Assembly: GCF_964213995.1 (NCBI RefSeq)
Contig: NW_027590182.1
Coordinates: 558,001-622,000 of the forward strand
Source of the DNA: Mustelus asterias
Lineage: Eukaryota
DNA length: 64,000 bases
Direction: 5' to 3'
The notes under the pieces: generated by a model
Databases searched by the model: none
What the model was told of the DNA's origin: nothing
Seen by the model: only the letters and a program-made list of their open reading frames with translations
In this document: positions 35,423 to 47,670 of the stretch, one piece after another
How the letters are laid out: each line of letters opens with the position of its first letter
Numbering within the stretch: position 1 is the stretch's first letter
Translations under genes and position numbers: made by a program

Positions 35423-36337
35423 AGACCATAAGACATAGGAGCAAAATTAGGCCACTCGGCCCATCGAGTCTTCTCCGCGATTCAATCATGGCTGATATTT
35501 TTCTCATCCCCATTCTCCTGCCTTTTCCCCATAAGCCCTGATCCCCTCATTAATCAAGAACCTATCTATCTCTGTCTTACAGACACTCAATGAACTGACC
35601 TTCACAGCCTTCTGCGGCAAAGAGTTCCACAGATTCAACACTCTCTGGCTGAAGAAATTCTTCCTCATCTCTGTTTTAAAGGATCATCCCTTTAGCCTGA
35701 GGTTGTGCCCTCGAGTTCTAGTTTTTCCTACTAAGTTTCAATAAGATCCCCACTCATCCTTCTAAACTCCAATGAGTACAGACCCAGAGTCCTCAACCAT
35801 TCTTCATACGACAAGCTCTTCATTCCAGAAATCATTCTTGTGAACCTCCTCCAGACCCTTTCCAAGACCAGCATATCCTTCCTTAGATGTGGGGCTCAAA
35901 ACTGCTCACAATACAATGGGGTCTGACCAGAGCCTTATACAGTCTCAGAAGTACATCGCTGCTGTTGTATTCTAGCCCTCTTGACATGAATGCTAACATT
36001 GCATTTACCTTCCTAACTGCCAACTAAACCTGCCTTAAGAGAATCTTGAACAATGACTCCCAAGTCCCTTTGTGCTTCTGATTTCTGAAGCATTTCCCCA
36101 TTTAGGAAATAGTCGATGCCTCCATTCCTCCTACCCAAGTGCATAATCTCACACTTTTCCACATTGTATTCCATCTGCCACTTCTTTGCCCACTCTCCTA
36201 GCCCATCAAAGTCCTTCTGCAGCCCCCCTGCTCCCTCAATACTACCTGTCCTTCCACATATCTTTGTATCATCTGCAAACTTAGCAACAGTGTCTTCAGT
36301 TCCATCTTCCAAATCATTAATGTATATTGCGAAACGT
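35423..36337 (-). mobile_element. CR1 3' fragment
   Basis: FADDTK RT remnant; empty paralogous site at about 20052. Confidence 0.85.
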
Positions 36338-36932
36338 TTGTGGTGCTCTGTCGCTTTAAGAAGCTATCGCTGCGAGAGAGAATGCTGAGGATTCATTGTT
36401 TGAAATTTACGAGCTGTGAGAACCTGTGTGTTTCATTTGTTTTATGTGGATGTTTGTAGATGTGTTTTATTATTGTTTTGGGCTACATTTGTTAAGGTTT
36501 ATCTTTCTGGGGAATTAACCTTACCTTGAGTCTTTAATTAAAGGCATTTCTGGAAGTTTAGAAACAGAACCACAAGAACGCTTCAGGAATTAATTTCAGT
36601 TATTGTTGTAAAGCACATGCTAAGTTTCTCTGCTTGTGTATGGATGATATTTGTGGGTTGAATGCTTCAAGCTTTCAGGTTTTCTGTCTGTGATTTAAAT
36701 CAAACAGATTTAAATAAAGGACGTGTAATTAATAAAGCTTTTTTTCACAAAAGTTGTGAACCTGGAGCCACATTTACTGGCCAGAGACATGATTCCAGGA
36801 TACTTTGCTAAACTTGTGGGAATTTTAATTCGGATTCAAACTCACACATGTGAGTATGAGAGAGTTTTAATTGTAATGGTGATTTAAAATTTGGGACATG
36901 TGAAATGATTCTGACCATTCCTGTGTTCATTG

Positions 36933-37281
36933 AATCATAGAGTCCCTCCAGTACAGAAGGGACCATTCGGACCATCGAGTCTGCACCATCTCTCTAACAG
37001 AGCACCTTACCCAGGCCCTTTCCCCTGCCCTATCCCTGTAATCTCACACATTTACCATGGCTAACCTATCTAACCCACACAGCTTGGGATACTAAGAGGG
37101 AATTCAACATTGCAAATCCACTGAATCTGGGCATCTTTGGTCTGTGGGTGGAAACTGGAGCACCCGGAGTAAGCCCACGCAGACACAGGGAGAACATGCA
37201 AATTCCAAACAGACACTCACCCAAGGCTGGAATTAAATGCCTGACGCTGTGAGGTAGCAGTGCTAACCACTGTGCCACCAT
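36933..37281 (-). mobile_element. tRNA-derived SINE; adjacent plus-strand CR1 3' end at 37290-37480
   Basis: Reverse complement of A box, V domain and tail. Confidence 0.8.
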
Positions 37282-39819
37282 GTCACCCGATAGTTGAGGC
37301 CAAAACATTGTCTGATTTCAAGAAGATATGAGATATACTCTTGGGGCTAAAGGGATCAAGGGATATGGAAGGAAGGGGCGAATCAGGAAATTGAATTCAA
37401 TGATCAGCCATGATCAAGATGAATGGTGGAGCAGGCTCAAGGGGCCGAATGGCCTACTCCTGCTTCTAGTTTCTATGTTTCTCTCCACTGTGCCAGCATT
37501 CCATCCAGTGGCACAGTTGTTAGCACTGCTGCCTCAAAAAAGCAAATACAGCAATGGCTTTGGCATCTGCTACAATGTGACTGACAGTTTGACAACGGAG
37601 TCAAGGGCATCAGGAGCAAAAGATACCCTGGGAGGTGGAGAAGAATGTGACGGAGATTACGAGCGGGTCCTTGATAGGTTTTCTAAAGAGATTCAGAAAG
37701 GAAATAGCGAGTTGGAAAAAGTCCAGAATAAATTAATTTAGTTACATTGGAAACCTGTTGCCTCACAGCTGAGTACAAAATATAAAGAGTTGAGGGAACT
37801 GGTGGATAAGCTGCAGAATGGAGCTGATTGCTGGCAGGAGAGCACGTCTGACCTGGACAATCAGTTACATTGGGGACAGGGGGCAGATGATAGGGTGAGT
37901 GGAGCTCAGAAAAATCTCAGAGTTTGGCCAAACTTTGGAACAAGATATTGATTTACAGTCAGAAAATATCAGATCAAGTGAAGAGTTAGAAGATGCCATG
38001 GGGACTTTGAGGAAGTGAATTCAGCCACAAAGTGACACCTCCCTGAAGCAGACCACTCCCCGTGTTTAGCTAAAATCAAACAACCTGAGACACAAATCAG
38101 TCACCAGTGAGAAGATGTAGTTGTTTTCTCCAAAACCAAGGCCACTGAAAGCACTCCTCCCTCTCCTCTGCCTCTCCTGTGTGATAAGGGAATGCAGGTG
38201 TGTGAGGTTAGCCATGACTTCTGCACCATCATGATCCACAACCCTTACTCCAAGTTGGTTTGCCCAGTTGAAGGAATTCTTAAAGCAGCGTGTTTTTTGC
38301 AAGTATCATAGATTCGAAGACTTAGTTTGGAAAGGGAGTAGCAATTAATATAATTTGAAATGCCGTGTGTTTCTGTTTGAAATAAACTCAGACTGTACTA
38401 AAATGTGAAAGGAATGTATTTGGGTTTGAAATTAAGTTGTTCAAGGTTAGAATTGTGAAGGCCAATTTGCTCCCAAAACACAAAGATAAGGCTGCAGTTT
38501 GGCAGCAAACCAGTTCCAACTTTCCAAAACATTTGAGTTAAAATTGTTGAGATTCGGTTAACAACATATTTCACAAAGTATTTCTTTCAACTTCGATTAA
38601 GTAGCAAATATTGGAAATTGGCATTTACAAAAAAGACAGACAAAAGAGATGAAATTTGAGCAAAATTGAAGAAAATGACATGAGAGAAGTTTTTTAAACT
38701 ATGTAAGTTGATGCAATTGCCAAGTTTCCTCTGCCCACTCCCCGCCTCTCTCGGTTCCACAGAGAAGTTAACCCTTTCAGCAGACAGTTGATTTTTATAA
38801 ATCTCCAAACAGCCTTTGTTTTTTAATGTAACCTATGATTGGACATATTAACTCACTGGGATCTTGGCCAGAGCCAGATGGATTGTTTTTTTAAACAGGT
38901 GATGACGGTTTCACTCACAAACAATCCGAGTGAAGGCCGCAGTTTTGAGAATTAAAGCAGAGAATAAAAGACTTTACCTTTCAGAAAGCCAACAAGCCTG
39001 CTTTTGATATTGGAATTGATAAATATCTGACATGAGTTGCTATTTCAAGCATTTAAAATGGAAATTACCTGGTGTTTAAGGGAAAGAACAAAATTGATAA
39101 TGCCTGGAATCAAACAGAAATGTTCGGTTTCTGTTAAAAGATATTATGAGAATACTTAATGATTTATTTGACACCAAAGATTCTCCAGAACTCCTGAAAG
39201 TGTAGTTTAAAGCAATCCATACATTTGGGTGTTTATGAAGATTTGAGTGAAAGGGAAATCTAGATGAGATGAATGAGGTGACAGTTTTCTCTTGGAGATA
39301 TTTGTTTCTTTGTCTATGAACTATTTGAGAGAACTGAATTTGATAATCTGGCCACCATCTGACACATTGGGACTGTACAGGGGGAAATAAGCAAAGACAT
39401 TGAGATGAAGAACCCCTTTGACTCTGACTTTTGACTTTCTTCTGAAGATTCTGACAGAATTATTTAATGGTGCTTCTTTTGTAAGAAAGTGGAATCCAGG
39501 ATGATGAAACTGATTGGTAAAAAACACAGCACAATCCCAAAAGACCTGATAAACCTTCCACAAATGTAAAACAATGATTTGTTGGAGAGGGAAAAGAGAT
39601 GCCAACAAGCATGACAAAAGTACACTGTCTGGTTAAAAATAAAATGAGAGGCAACGTTTAACAGGAAGGGACATGTGTGAAGATGGCTTATGAGCGTGAG
39701 ACTCCAACAGAGGGTTAAAGAAGGAGTTGGAACACCGATGTGAGATTGCAGAGGTGGTTTGTAAATTGTGAAGGAACTGACATCCGACAGTACACAGTGG
39801 AACTGCACTGAAGAATAAA

Positions 39820-40088
39820 GGGTGGCATGGTGGCACAGTGGTTAGCACTGCTGCCTCACAGCGCCAAGGACTCGGGTTCAATTCTGGCCTTGGGTGACTG
39901 TCTGTGTGGAGTTTGCACATTTTCCCCATGTCTATGTGGGTTTCGTCCGGGTGCTCCAGTTTCTTCCCTCAGTCCAAGATTGGCAGGTTAGGTTGATTGG
40001 CCATAGTAAATTGTCCCTTCATGTCAGCGGAACGAGCAGGGTAAATAAGTGGTGTTATGGGGATAGGGCCTGATGGGATTGTGGTCTG
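39820..40088 (+). mobile_element. tRNA-derived SINE, tail lost at a CR1 junction
   Basis: TGGCACAGTGG, GGTTCAATTC, V domain. Confidence 0.85.
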
Positions 40089-40822
40089 GGGAAATGCTTA
40101 GGAAATCAGAAGCACAAAGGGACTTGTAAGTTCTGGTTCAGGACTCTCTGAAGGTTAACATGCAGGTTCAGTTGACAGTTTGGAAGGCAAATGCAATGTT
40201 AGCATTCATGTCGAGAGGGCGAGAATACAAGAGCAGGGATGTACTTCTGAGGCTGTCTAAGGCTCTGGTCAGACCCCATTTGGAGTATTGTGAGCAGTTT
40301 TGGGCCCCTTATCTAAGGAAGGATGTGCTGGCCTTGGAAGGGGTCCAGAGGAGGTTCACAAGAATGATCCCTGGAATGAAGAGCTTGTCGTATGAGGAAC
40401 GGTTGAGGACTCTGGGTCTGTACTCATTGGAGTTTGGAAGGATGAGGGGGGGGGGATCTAATTGAAACTTACAGAATACTGAGAGGCCTGGAGAGAGTGG
40501 ATGTGGAGAGGATGTTTCCACTAGTGGGAGAGTGTAGAACTCGAGGGCACAACTTCAGAGTGAAGGGATGATCCTTTAAAACAGATGAGGAGGAATTTCT
40601 TCAGCCAGAGTGGTGAATCTTTGGAAGGAGAGCTGTGGAGACCAGGTCATTGAGTGTCTTTAAGAGAGAGATAGGCAGGTTCTTGATTAATAGCTGGATC
40701 AAGGGTTACGGGGAGAAGACAGGAGAATGGGGACAAGAATCAGATCAGCCATGATTGAATGGCAGAGCAGATTCGACGGGTCAAATGGCCTAATTCTGCT
40801 CCTATATCTTATGGTCTTATGA
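40089..40822 (+). mobile_element. CR1 3' fragment
   Basis: HLEYCEQFWAPY...QRRFTRMIPG; tatggtcttatg tail. Confidence 0.85.
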
Positions 40823-41339
40823 TTACATTAGAACGGTCTGGGTATTCTGTATCTGAGATCATCAATATAATTTCTCCCATTGATCACTGGTTTTTAATGA
40901 AGTTTTACCTTTATACTGTGACATTGGTTTCCGGAGTATAATTGCCACCTTGTCGGAGAAACCCACTAACAAATGGTGTGGAAGGGGTTCTGGGTTAATT
41001 AGCAGAATGACAGGCAGAGTCTGAGGTTTAGCAACAGCTGGGGAGGAAAGAGTTACAGGGATTCCCTGTACTGCCAGGGGTGGTGGTGGAGGCAGATACA
41101 ATAGGGGCTTTTAGATAAACACAGGAATTTGTAAGGAATAGAGGAATATGGACCAAGGGCAGGCAGAAGGGATTAGTTTAATTTGGCATCATGTTTAACG
41201 CAACATCGTGGGCTGAAGGGTCTGTTCCTGTGCTGTACTGTTCTACGTTCTATTTGTGATCTCCATTTAGAAAAAGGAAACAGAGGCACTGGAGAAGGAG
41301 CAAGAAAGATTCACAAGAATAATCCCAGAACTGTAATCA

Positions 41340-42243
41340 CTTGTGAACTCACTGGTGTTTCACCAAGTTTGCTGACTGAGTGAATCACAGTCAGAGCAGG
41401 TGACCAGCCTCTGCCCAGTGTGAACTCACTGAAGTACCCATGGGTTGGATGACTTAGTGAATCCCTTCCCACACTGAGAGCAGCTCCCCAGTGTGAACTC
41501 GCTGGTGTTTCGGCAGTGCTGAAGATATTCTAAATCTCTTTGAGCAGTGAGAGCAGCTGAACGGCCTCTCCTCAGTGTGAATGCGCTGGTGGGACATCAG
41601 CTCTGAGAGCTTTTGAAGCCACTTCCACAGTCAGAGCATTTGAAAGGCCTCAGATTGGTGTGAGTGACTTTATGTCTGAGCAGGCTGGATGACTGAGTGA
41701 ATCCCTTCCCACACAAAGAGCAGGTAAATGGTCTCTCCCCAGTGTGAACTCGCTGGTGGGACACCAGTTCTCCAGAGCTTTTGAATCTGCTCCCACAGTC
41801 AGAGCATTTAAAGGATCTCTCATTGGTGTGAGTGAGATTATGACTCAGCAGGTGGGATAACTGAGTGAATCCCTTCCCACAGTCAGAACAGGTGAATGGT
41901 CACTCCCCAGTGTGAACTCGCTGGTGTCTCTGCAGATTGGATGAGCTTTTAAACCTCTTTCTGCAGTGAGAGCATCTGAACGGTCTCTCCTCAGTGTGAC
42001 ACCTGGTGGGACACTGGTTCTCCAGAGGTTTTGAAGCCAATGCTACAGTCAGAGCATTTAAACGTTCCCTCATTGGTGTGAGTGAGATTGTGTTTCTGCA
42101 GGCTGGATAACTGAGTGAATCCCTTCCCGCACACAGAGCAGGTGAATGGCCGCTCCCCAGTGTGACTGCATCGATGAGATTCCAGCTGTGATGGGACCCT
42201 GAATCGCCTCCCACAGTCCCCACATTTCCACGGTTTCCCCCTG
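41340..42243 (-). pseudogene. C2H2 ZNF pseudogene G6
   Basis: Start codon changed to AGG (RGKPWKC), frameshifts at about 42000, 41600 and 41483; exon-1 donor reads GA instead of GT at about 44178. Confidence 0.85.
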
Positions 42244-42927
42244 GTGCGGGTGTTCTTGTGACTCTCCAGGTTCAACAATCAGTTAAATCTCACACAGAAC
42301 ACGGGTACAGTCTCTCCCCGCTGTGAACGCTGCGGTGTATTTTCAGGCTGTGTAACTGGTTGAATCTCTTCCCACACAGTACACTGGAACACACTCACTC
42401 GGGTGTATCTGTGTCTCAGTGATTTTTCAGTTACATTTATGTTTAAAAAAATTCTGAAGCAGACAGAACAGAAAAAGATTTCTCCTTTTAGATTCAAAGG
42501 CCAATGATATTCAGGTCCTGATCAAATGAATAAATCTGTCAGGTCTTGATGTGTTGTTTGATTTGAGATTTCTGCCTGTAAATCCTCACCTTCTGCAAAT
42601 CTATCGTGCAAAAGGAGTTTATAAGATTCATCAGTGTCAGTACAGGATAGAAATTCAGAACAGACAATTCTAGTTTCTATGGAACATTCTTTCCTCTCTC
42701 ATTCCCCAAAAGCTGTAAATCTCCATCCCACACACTCTCCCTCCATTCTCACTCTGCTGTATCTAATATTCACCCTACCAATTCTTCAAAAGGTGCTGAT
42801 TCAGGCTGATTGACAGATCTATGCTCACTGCTTCCTGTCCTGGGTGTGGAGATGTCGGCGTTGGACTGGGGTAGACACAGTAAGAAGTTTCACAACACCA
42901 GGTTAAAGTCCAACAGCTTTATTAGTA

Positions 42928-42965
42928 GCAGGAGCTTTCGGAGCACTGCTCCTTCATCAGCTGTG
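42928..42965 (-). ncRNA. Minimal hammerhead ribozyme (intact core, variant stem I)
   Basis: CAG-CUGAUGA-A-GGAGC(AGU)GCUCC-GAAA-GC-UC-CUG. Confidence 0.75.
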
Positions 42966-43249
42966 TGCAGGATTTGGTTCGCAAACAGGGCACATATAGA
43001 CACAAACTCCATTATAAGATAATGGTTGGAATGCGAGTCTTAACAGGTAATCAAGTCTTTCCAGGTACAATGTGAGTGGAGAGAGGGTTAAGCACAGGTT
43101 AAAGAGGTGTGAATTGTCTCAATGTTGTCTCAATTGTCTCACGTTGTTTCTATCTTAAAGACTTGATTAGCTGTAAGTATTCGCATTCCAACCATTATTC
43201 ATGTAAATTGAGTCTGTGTCTTTATCTGCCCTGTTTGTGAACAGAATTC

Positions 43250-43295
43250 CCACTCACCTGAAGAAGGGGCTTGGAGCTCCGAAAGCTTGTGTGGC
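43250..43295 (+). ncRNA. Minimal hammerhead ribozyme (intact core)
   Basis: CAC-CUGAAGA-A-GGGGCU(UGG)AGCUCC-GAAA-GC-UU-GUG. Confidence 0.75.
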
Positions 43296-44169
43296 TTTTG
43301 CGACCAAATAAACCTGTTGGACTTTAACCTGGTGTTGTTAAACTTCTTACTGAATTGTCTCAAGCCAGGACAGTTAGTGAGATTTTGCAAGCCCAGCAAG
43401 TTGTGGGGGTTACAGATAGTGTGACATGAACCCAAGATCCTGGTTGAGACCGTCCTCGTGTGTGCGGAACTTGGCTATCAGTTTCTGCTCAGCGATTCTG
43501 CGCTGTCGTGAGTCTTGAAGGCCGCCTTGGAGAACACTTACCCGAAGATCAAGGGCATTCAGCCTCTGATCTTCGGGTAAGTGTTCGCCAAGGCGGTTTA
43601 TAGTTTAGTTTTGATTGTTTATTAATTAGTGTCACAAGGAGGCTTACATTAACACTGCAATTAAGTCACTTGAAAATCATGAAAAAAGTGCAAACAATCT
43701 ATGAAGTTACTGTGAGAGTCAGCATGGACTCGAGTTGTCCAATGGACTCCTTCTGTGCTGTAATGACTCTATAACTGGAAATATATAATGTAGCTACAGT
43801 ACAATATGACAAGATTGGAATGATAAATGCATTTATTGCAGGACCAGGAATAAACCTGGCTGATATAACAACACTGGACATATGTCTGTCCTATATTAAT
43901 TTACTGTCCCCTTAAATGTCAGCCATCCCCTGGGGAAACCAGCCCTTCAATTGTGAACATTAGGAAAGAGACCATCCTTTTAGCCAGACAAATAAATGTG
44001 TCAAGCTGAGGGAGCAAAGGATGTCAATGTCTTTAAGAGAGAGGGAGACCTGGGCCAACCTTTCTAGAGTCTGCAGCCTCCCTGGATTCACTTCCTTCCT
44101 TCAGTTGCTGCAAGTCCCCAATTTCCCCCAGAATGAGAAAAGAAATGGAAAGGGGGAGAAAAGAAAGTG

Positions 44170-44625
44170 TTTTACTCTCAGATGTTGGAGACAGGAGGAA
44201 GTTTCAGTCTGTCTGAAGCGCAATCTTCATTCACGCAAAGCCGGCGCTCTGATGAGCTGGAGAACCAGAGTCCTTTCGGTCCTCCAACTCTTCCTATTCG
44301 TGAACACCTCAGAAGGGCAGGGGATGGACTCTCCCCTGGACATGCGCCTCTCCCTTGGACAGCCGCCGTCCTTGGCCGGGGGGAGGGGGAGATCACTGAG
44401 CGGCTTCTCGCTCTGGCCGGAGCTGTCAGCCGGTTGCCTGGAAACCTTGGCTCGATATGGTGTAGGCGGAGGGGGAACAATGGGTGGGGGCGGGGCTCCC
44501 GGGTCCGCGCGCCCGGGCCTGCTCACTGGAAACTGGAGAGGTCACCGCGGAGCAGAGTGATTCCTATTGGCTAATTCAAGGATGGCTCCACTGTGATGTC
44601 ACAAAGGGGAAGTTGGCCAATGATG
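44170..44625 (-). promoter_or_regulatory. CpG-island promoter and exon 1 of G6
   Basis: Homologous to the 29100-29550 island and 61350-61470; GC box, CCAAT, CRE-like site. Confidence 0.7.
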
Positions 44626-44757
44626 ATGTAATTTAAACAATGCCTGAGATCACTTCACTTCTTGGTCATAGAACATAGAACATAGAACATAGAAAGCCAC
44701 AGCACAAACAGGCCCTTCGGCCCACAAGTTGCGCCGATCATATCCCTACCTCTAGGC

Positions 44758-47670
44758 CTATCTATAGCCCTCAATCCCATTAAATCCCATGTACTCATCC
44801 AGAAGTCTCTTAAAAGACCCCAACGAGTTTGCCTCCACCACCACCAACGTCAGCCGATTCCACTCACCCACCACCCTCTGAGTGAAAAACTTACCCCTGA
44901 CATCTCCTCTGTACCTACACCCCTGCACCTTAAACCTGTGTCCTCTCGTAGCAACCATTTCAGCCCTTGGAAATAGCCTCTGAGAGTCTACCCTATCCAG
45001 ACCTCTCAACATCTTGTAAACCTCTATCAGGTCACCTCTCATCCTTCGTCTCTCCAGGGAGAAGAGACCAAGCTCCCTCAACCTATCCTCATAAGGCATG
45101 CTCCCCAATCCAGGCAACATCCTTGTAAATCTCCTCTGCACCCTTTCAATGGCTTCAACATCTTTCCTGTAATGAGGTGACCAGAACTGTGCGCAGTACT
45201 CCAAGTGGGGTCTAACCAGGGTCCTATAAAGCTGCAGCATTATCTCCCGACTCCTAAACTCAATCCCTCGATTAATGAAGGCTAGTACGCCGTACGCCTT
45301 CTTGACCGCATCCTCCACCTGCGAGGCCGATTTAAGAGTCCTATGGACCCGGACCCCAAGGTCCTTCTGATCCTCTACACTGCTAAGAATGGTACCCTTC
45401 ATATTATACTGCTGCTTCATCCCATTGGATCTGCCAAAATGGATCACCACACACTTATCCAGGTTGAAGTCCATCTGCCACTTCTCCGCCCAGTCTTGCA
45501 TTCTATCTATGTCTCGCTGCAACTTCTGACATCCCTCCAAACTATCCACAACACCACCTACCTTGGTGTCGTCAGCAAACTTACCAACCCATCCCTCCAC
45601 TTCCTCATCCAGGTCATTTATGAAAATGACAAACAGCAAGGGTCCCAGAACAGATCCCTGGGGCACTCCACTGGTCACTGACCTCCATGCAGAGAAAGAC
45701 CCCTCCACAGCCACTCTCTGCCTTCTGCAGGCAAGCCAGTTCTGGATCCACAAGGCAACAGCCCCTTGGATCCCATGCCCTCTCACTTTCTCAAGAAGTC
45801 TTGCATGGGGGACCTTATCGAACGCCTTGCTGAAGTCCATATAGACCACATCCACCGCTCTTCCTTCGTCAATGTGTTTGGTCACATTTTCAAAGAACTC
45901 AACCAGGCTCGTAAGGCATGACCTGCCCTTGACAAAGCCGTGCTGACTACTTTTGATCATACTAAACTTCTCTAGATGATCATAAATCCTGTCTCTCAGG
46001 ATCCTCTCCATCAACTTACCAACCACTGAGGTTAGACTCACCGGTCGGTAATTTCCCGGGCTGTCCCTGTTCCCTTTCTTGAATATAGGGACCACATCTG
46101 CAATCCTCCAATCCTCCGGAACCTCTCCCGTCTCCATCGACGATGCAAAGATCATCGCCAAAGGCTCCGCAATCTCCTCCCTCGCCTCCCACAGTAACCT
46201 GGGGTACATCCCATCCGGTCCCGGCGACTTACCAACCTTGATGCCATTCAATAGTTCCAACACATCCTCTTTCTTTATGTCCACATGCTCGATTCTTTCT
46301 GTCCACCGCAAACCAGCAGTACAACCACCCAGATCCCTTTCCACCGTGAATACCGAGGTAAAGTATTCATTAAGCACCTCCGCCATTTCTAACGGTTCCG
46401 CACAAACTTTTCCCCCTTCACCTTTTAAGGGTCCTATGCCTTCACATCTCATCCTTTTACTCTTGACATATTTGTAGAAAGCCTTGGGATTCTCCTTAAT
46501 CTTACCCGCCAAGGTCTTCTCATGACCCCTTCTCGCTCTCCTAATTTCCTTCTTAAGTTCCTTCCTACATCCCGTATACTCCTCTAAATCCTTAACACCT
46601 CCTAGCTCTCTGAACCTTCTGTACGCCTCTCTTTTCTTATTCACCAGGTTCATCACAACCTTCGTGCACCACGGTTCCCGTACCCTACCAACACCCCCCT
46701 GTCTCATCGGAACGTTGTCATGCAGAGCTCCAGACAAACATTCCTTGAAAATCCTCCACTTTCCTTCGGTACTTTTCCCCAAGAATGCCTCCTTCCAATT
46801 TACCCGTCTAATTTCCTCCCTGATGACACTGTATTTCCCTTTACTCCAGAGAAACACTTTCCTAGCCTGCCTGATCCTATCTCTTTCCAATGCTATCGTG
46901 AAGGAGATAGAATTATGATCGCTATCCCCAAGATGCTCACCCACCGAGAGATCCTCCACCTGTCCAGGTTCATTAGCCAGCACCAGATCAAGTACAGCCT
47001 CTCCTCTAGTAGGCTTATCCACATACTGTGTCAGGAAACTCTCCTGGACACACCTAACAAACTCCTCTCCATCCAAACCCCTAGCCCTAGGGATATTCCA
47101 ATCTATGTTTGGGAAATTAAAATCTCCCATCACGACAACTCTGTTATTCCTACATCTCTCCAGGATCTGTTTCCCCATCTGCTCCTCAACATCTCTGTTA
47201 CTATTGGGCGGCCTATAGAAAACACCCAGCAAAGTTACCGACCCCTTCCTGTTCCTAACCTCCACCCACAGAGACTCCGTAGTCAATCCCTCCACGGCGT
47301 CCACCTTCTCTACAGCCGCGACACTATCCCTGATCAACAGTGCCACTCCCCCCCCTCTCTTGCCTCCCTCCCTGTCCTTCCTGAAACATCTAAAACCCGG
47401 CACCTGAAGCACCCAGTCCTGTCCCTGAGACATCCAAGTCTCCGTAATGGCCACCACATCACAATTCGAAGCAGCAATCCACGCTCCAAGCTCATCCACT
47501 TTATTCACTACACTCCTGGCATTAAAATAGACACATCTCAGACCTTCAGCCTGAGCATTTCCCTTCTCCATCACTCGTCTAACCTCCCTCTTACCCTGTC
47601 TACATTCCTTATCTATTTGCGAGCTAACCTCCTCGCTCTCAGTCCCCTCATTTCGATTCCCTCCCCCCAA
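44758..47670 (-). CDS. CR1 ORF2 (APE plus RT), open from the slippery site at 47685
   Basis: 970 aa uninterrupted with all APE and RT motifs. Confidence 0.95.
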   Translation of the reverse strand: MGGGNRNEGTESEEVSSQIDKECRQGKREVRRVMEKGNAQAEGLRCVYFNARSVVNKVDELGAWIAASNCDVVAITETWMSQGQDWVLQVPGFRCFRKDREGGKRGGGVALLIRDSVAAVEKVDAVEGLTTESLWVEVRNRKGSVTLLGVFYRPPNSNRDVEEQMGKQILERCRNNRVVVMGDFNFPNIDWNIPRARGLDGEEFVRCVQESFLTQYVDKPTRGEAVLDLVLANEPGQVEDLSVGEHLGDSDHNSISFTIALERDRIRQARKVFLWSKGKYSVIREEIRRVNWKEAFLGKSTEGKWRIFKECLSGALHDNVPMRQGGVGRVREPWCTKVVMNLVNKKREAYRRFRELGGVKDLEEYTGCRKELKKEIRRARRGHEKTLAGKIKENPKAFYKYVKSKRMRCEGIGPLKGEGGKVCAEPLEMAEVLNEYFTSVFTVERDLGGCTAGLRWTERIEHVDIKKEDVLELLNGIKVGKSPGPDGMYPRLLWEAREEIAEPLAMIFASSMETGEVPEDWRIADVVPIFKKGNRDSPGNYRPVSLTSVVGKLMERILRDRIYDHLEKFSMIKSSQHGFVKGRSCLTSLVEFFENVTKHIDEGRAVDVVYMDFSKAFDKVPHARLLEKVRGHGIQGAVALWIQNWLACRRQRVAVEGSFSAWRSVTSGVPQGSVLGPLLFVIFINDLDEEVEGWVGKFADDTKVGGVVDSLEGCQKLQRDIDRMQDWAEKWQMDFNLDKCVVIHFGRSNGMKQQYNMKGTILSSVEDQKDLGVRVHRTLKSASQVEDAVKKAYGVLAFINRGIEFRSREIMLQLYRTLVRPHLEYCAQFWSPHYRKDVEAIERVQRRFTRMLPGLGSMPYEDRLRELGLFSLERRRMRGDLIEVYKMLRGLDRVDSQRLFPRAEMVATRGHRFKVQGCRYRGDVRGKFFTQRVVGEWNRLTLVVVEANSLGSFKRLLDEYMGFNGIEGYR

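Larger units (their letters stand above)
42843..43596 (-). mobile_element. PLE 3' fragment at G6 mini-exon, containing a nested opposite-strand PLE end (about 43123-43350)
   Basis: PLE termini at 42880 (-) and 43350 (+); 13-bp TSD TGAATTGTCTCAA; GIY-YIG-like C-terminus. Confidence 0.8.

Noticed and set aside
37540-39800. Possible decayed gag/pol-like coding remnant
   Set aside because: A-rich with a short coiled-coil-like stretch but no motif I can identify; needs a translated homology search.
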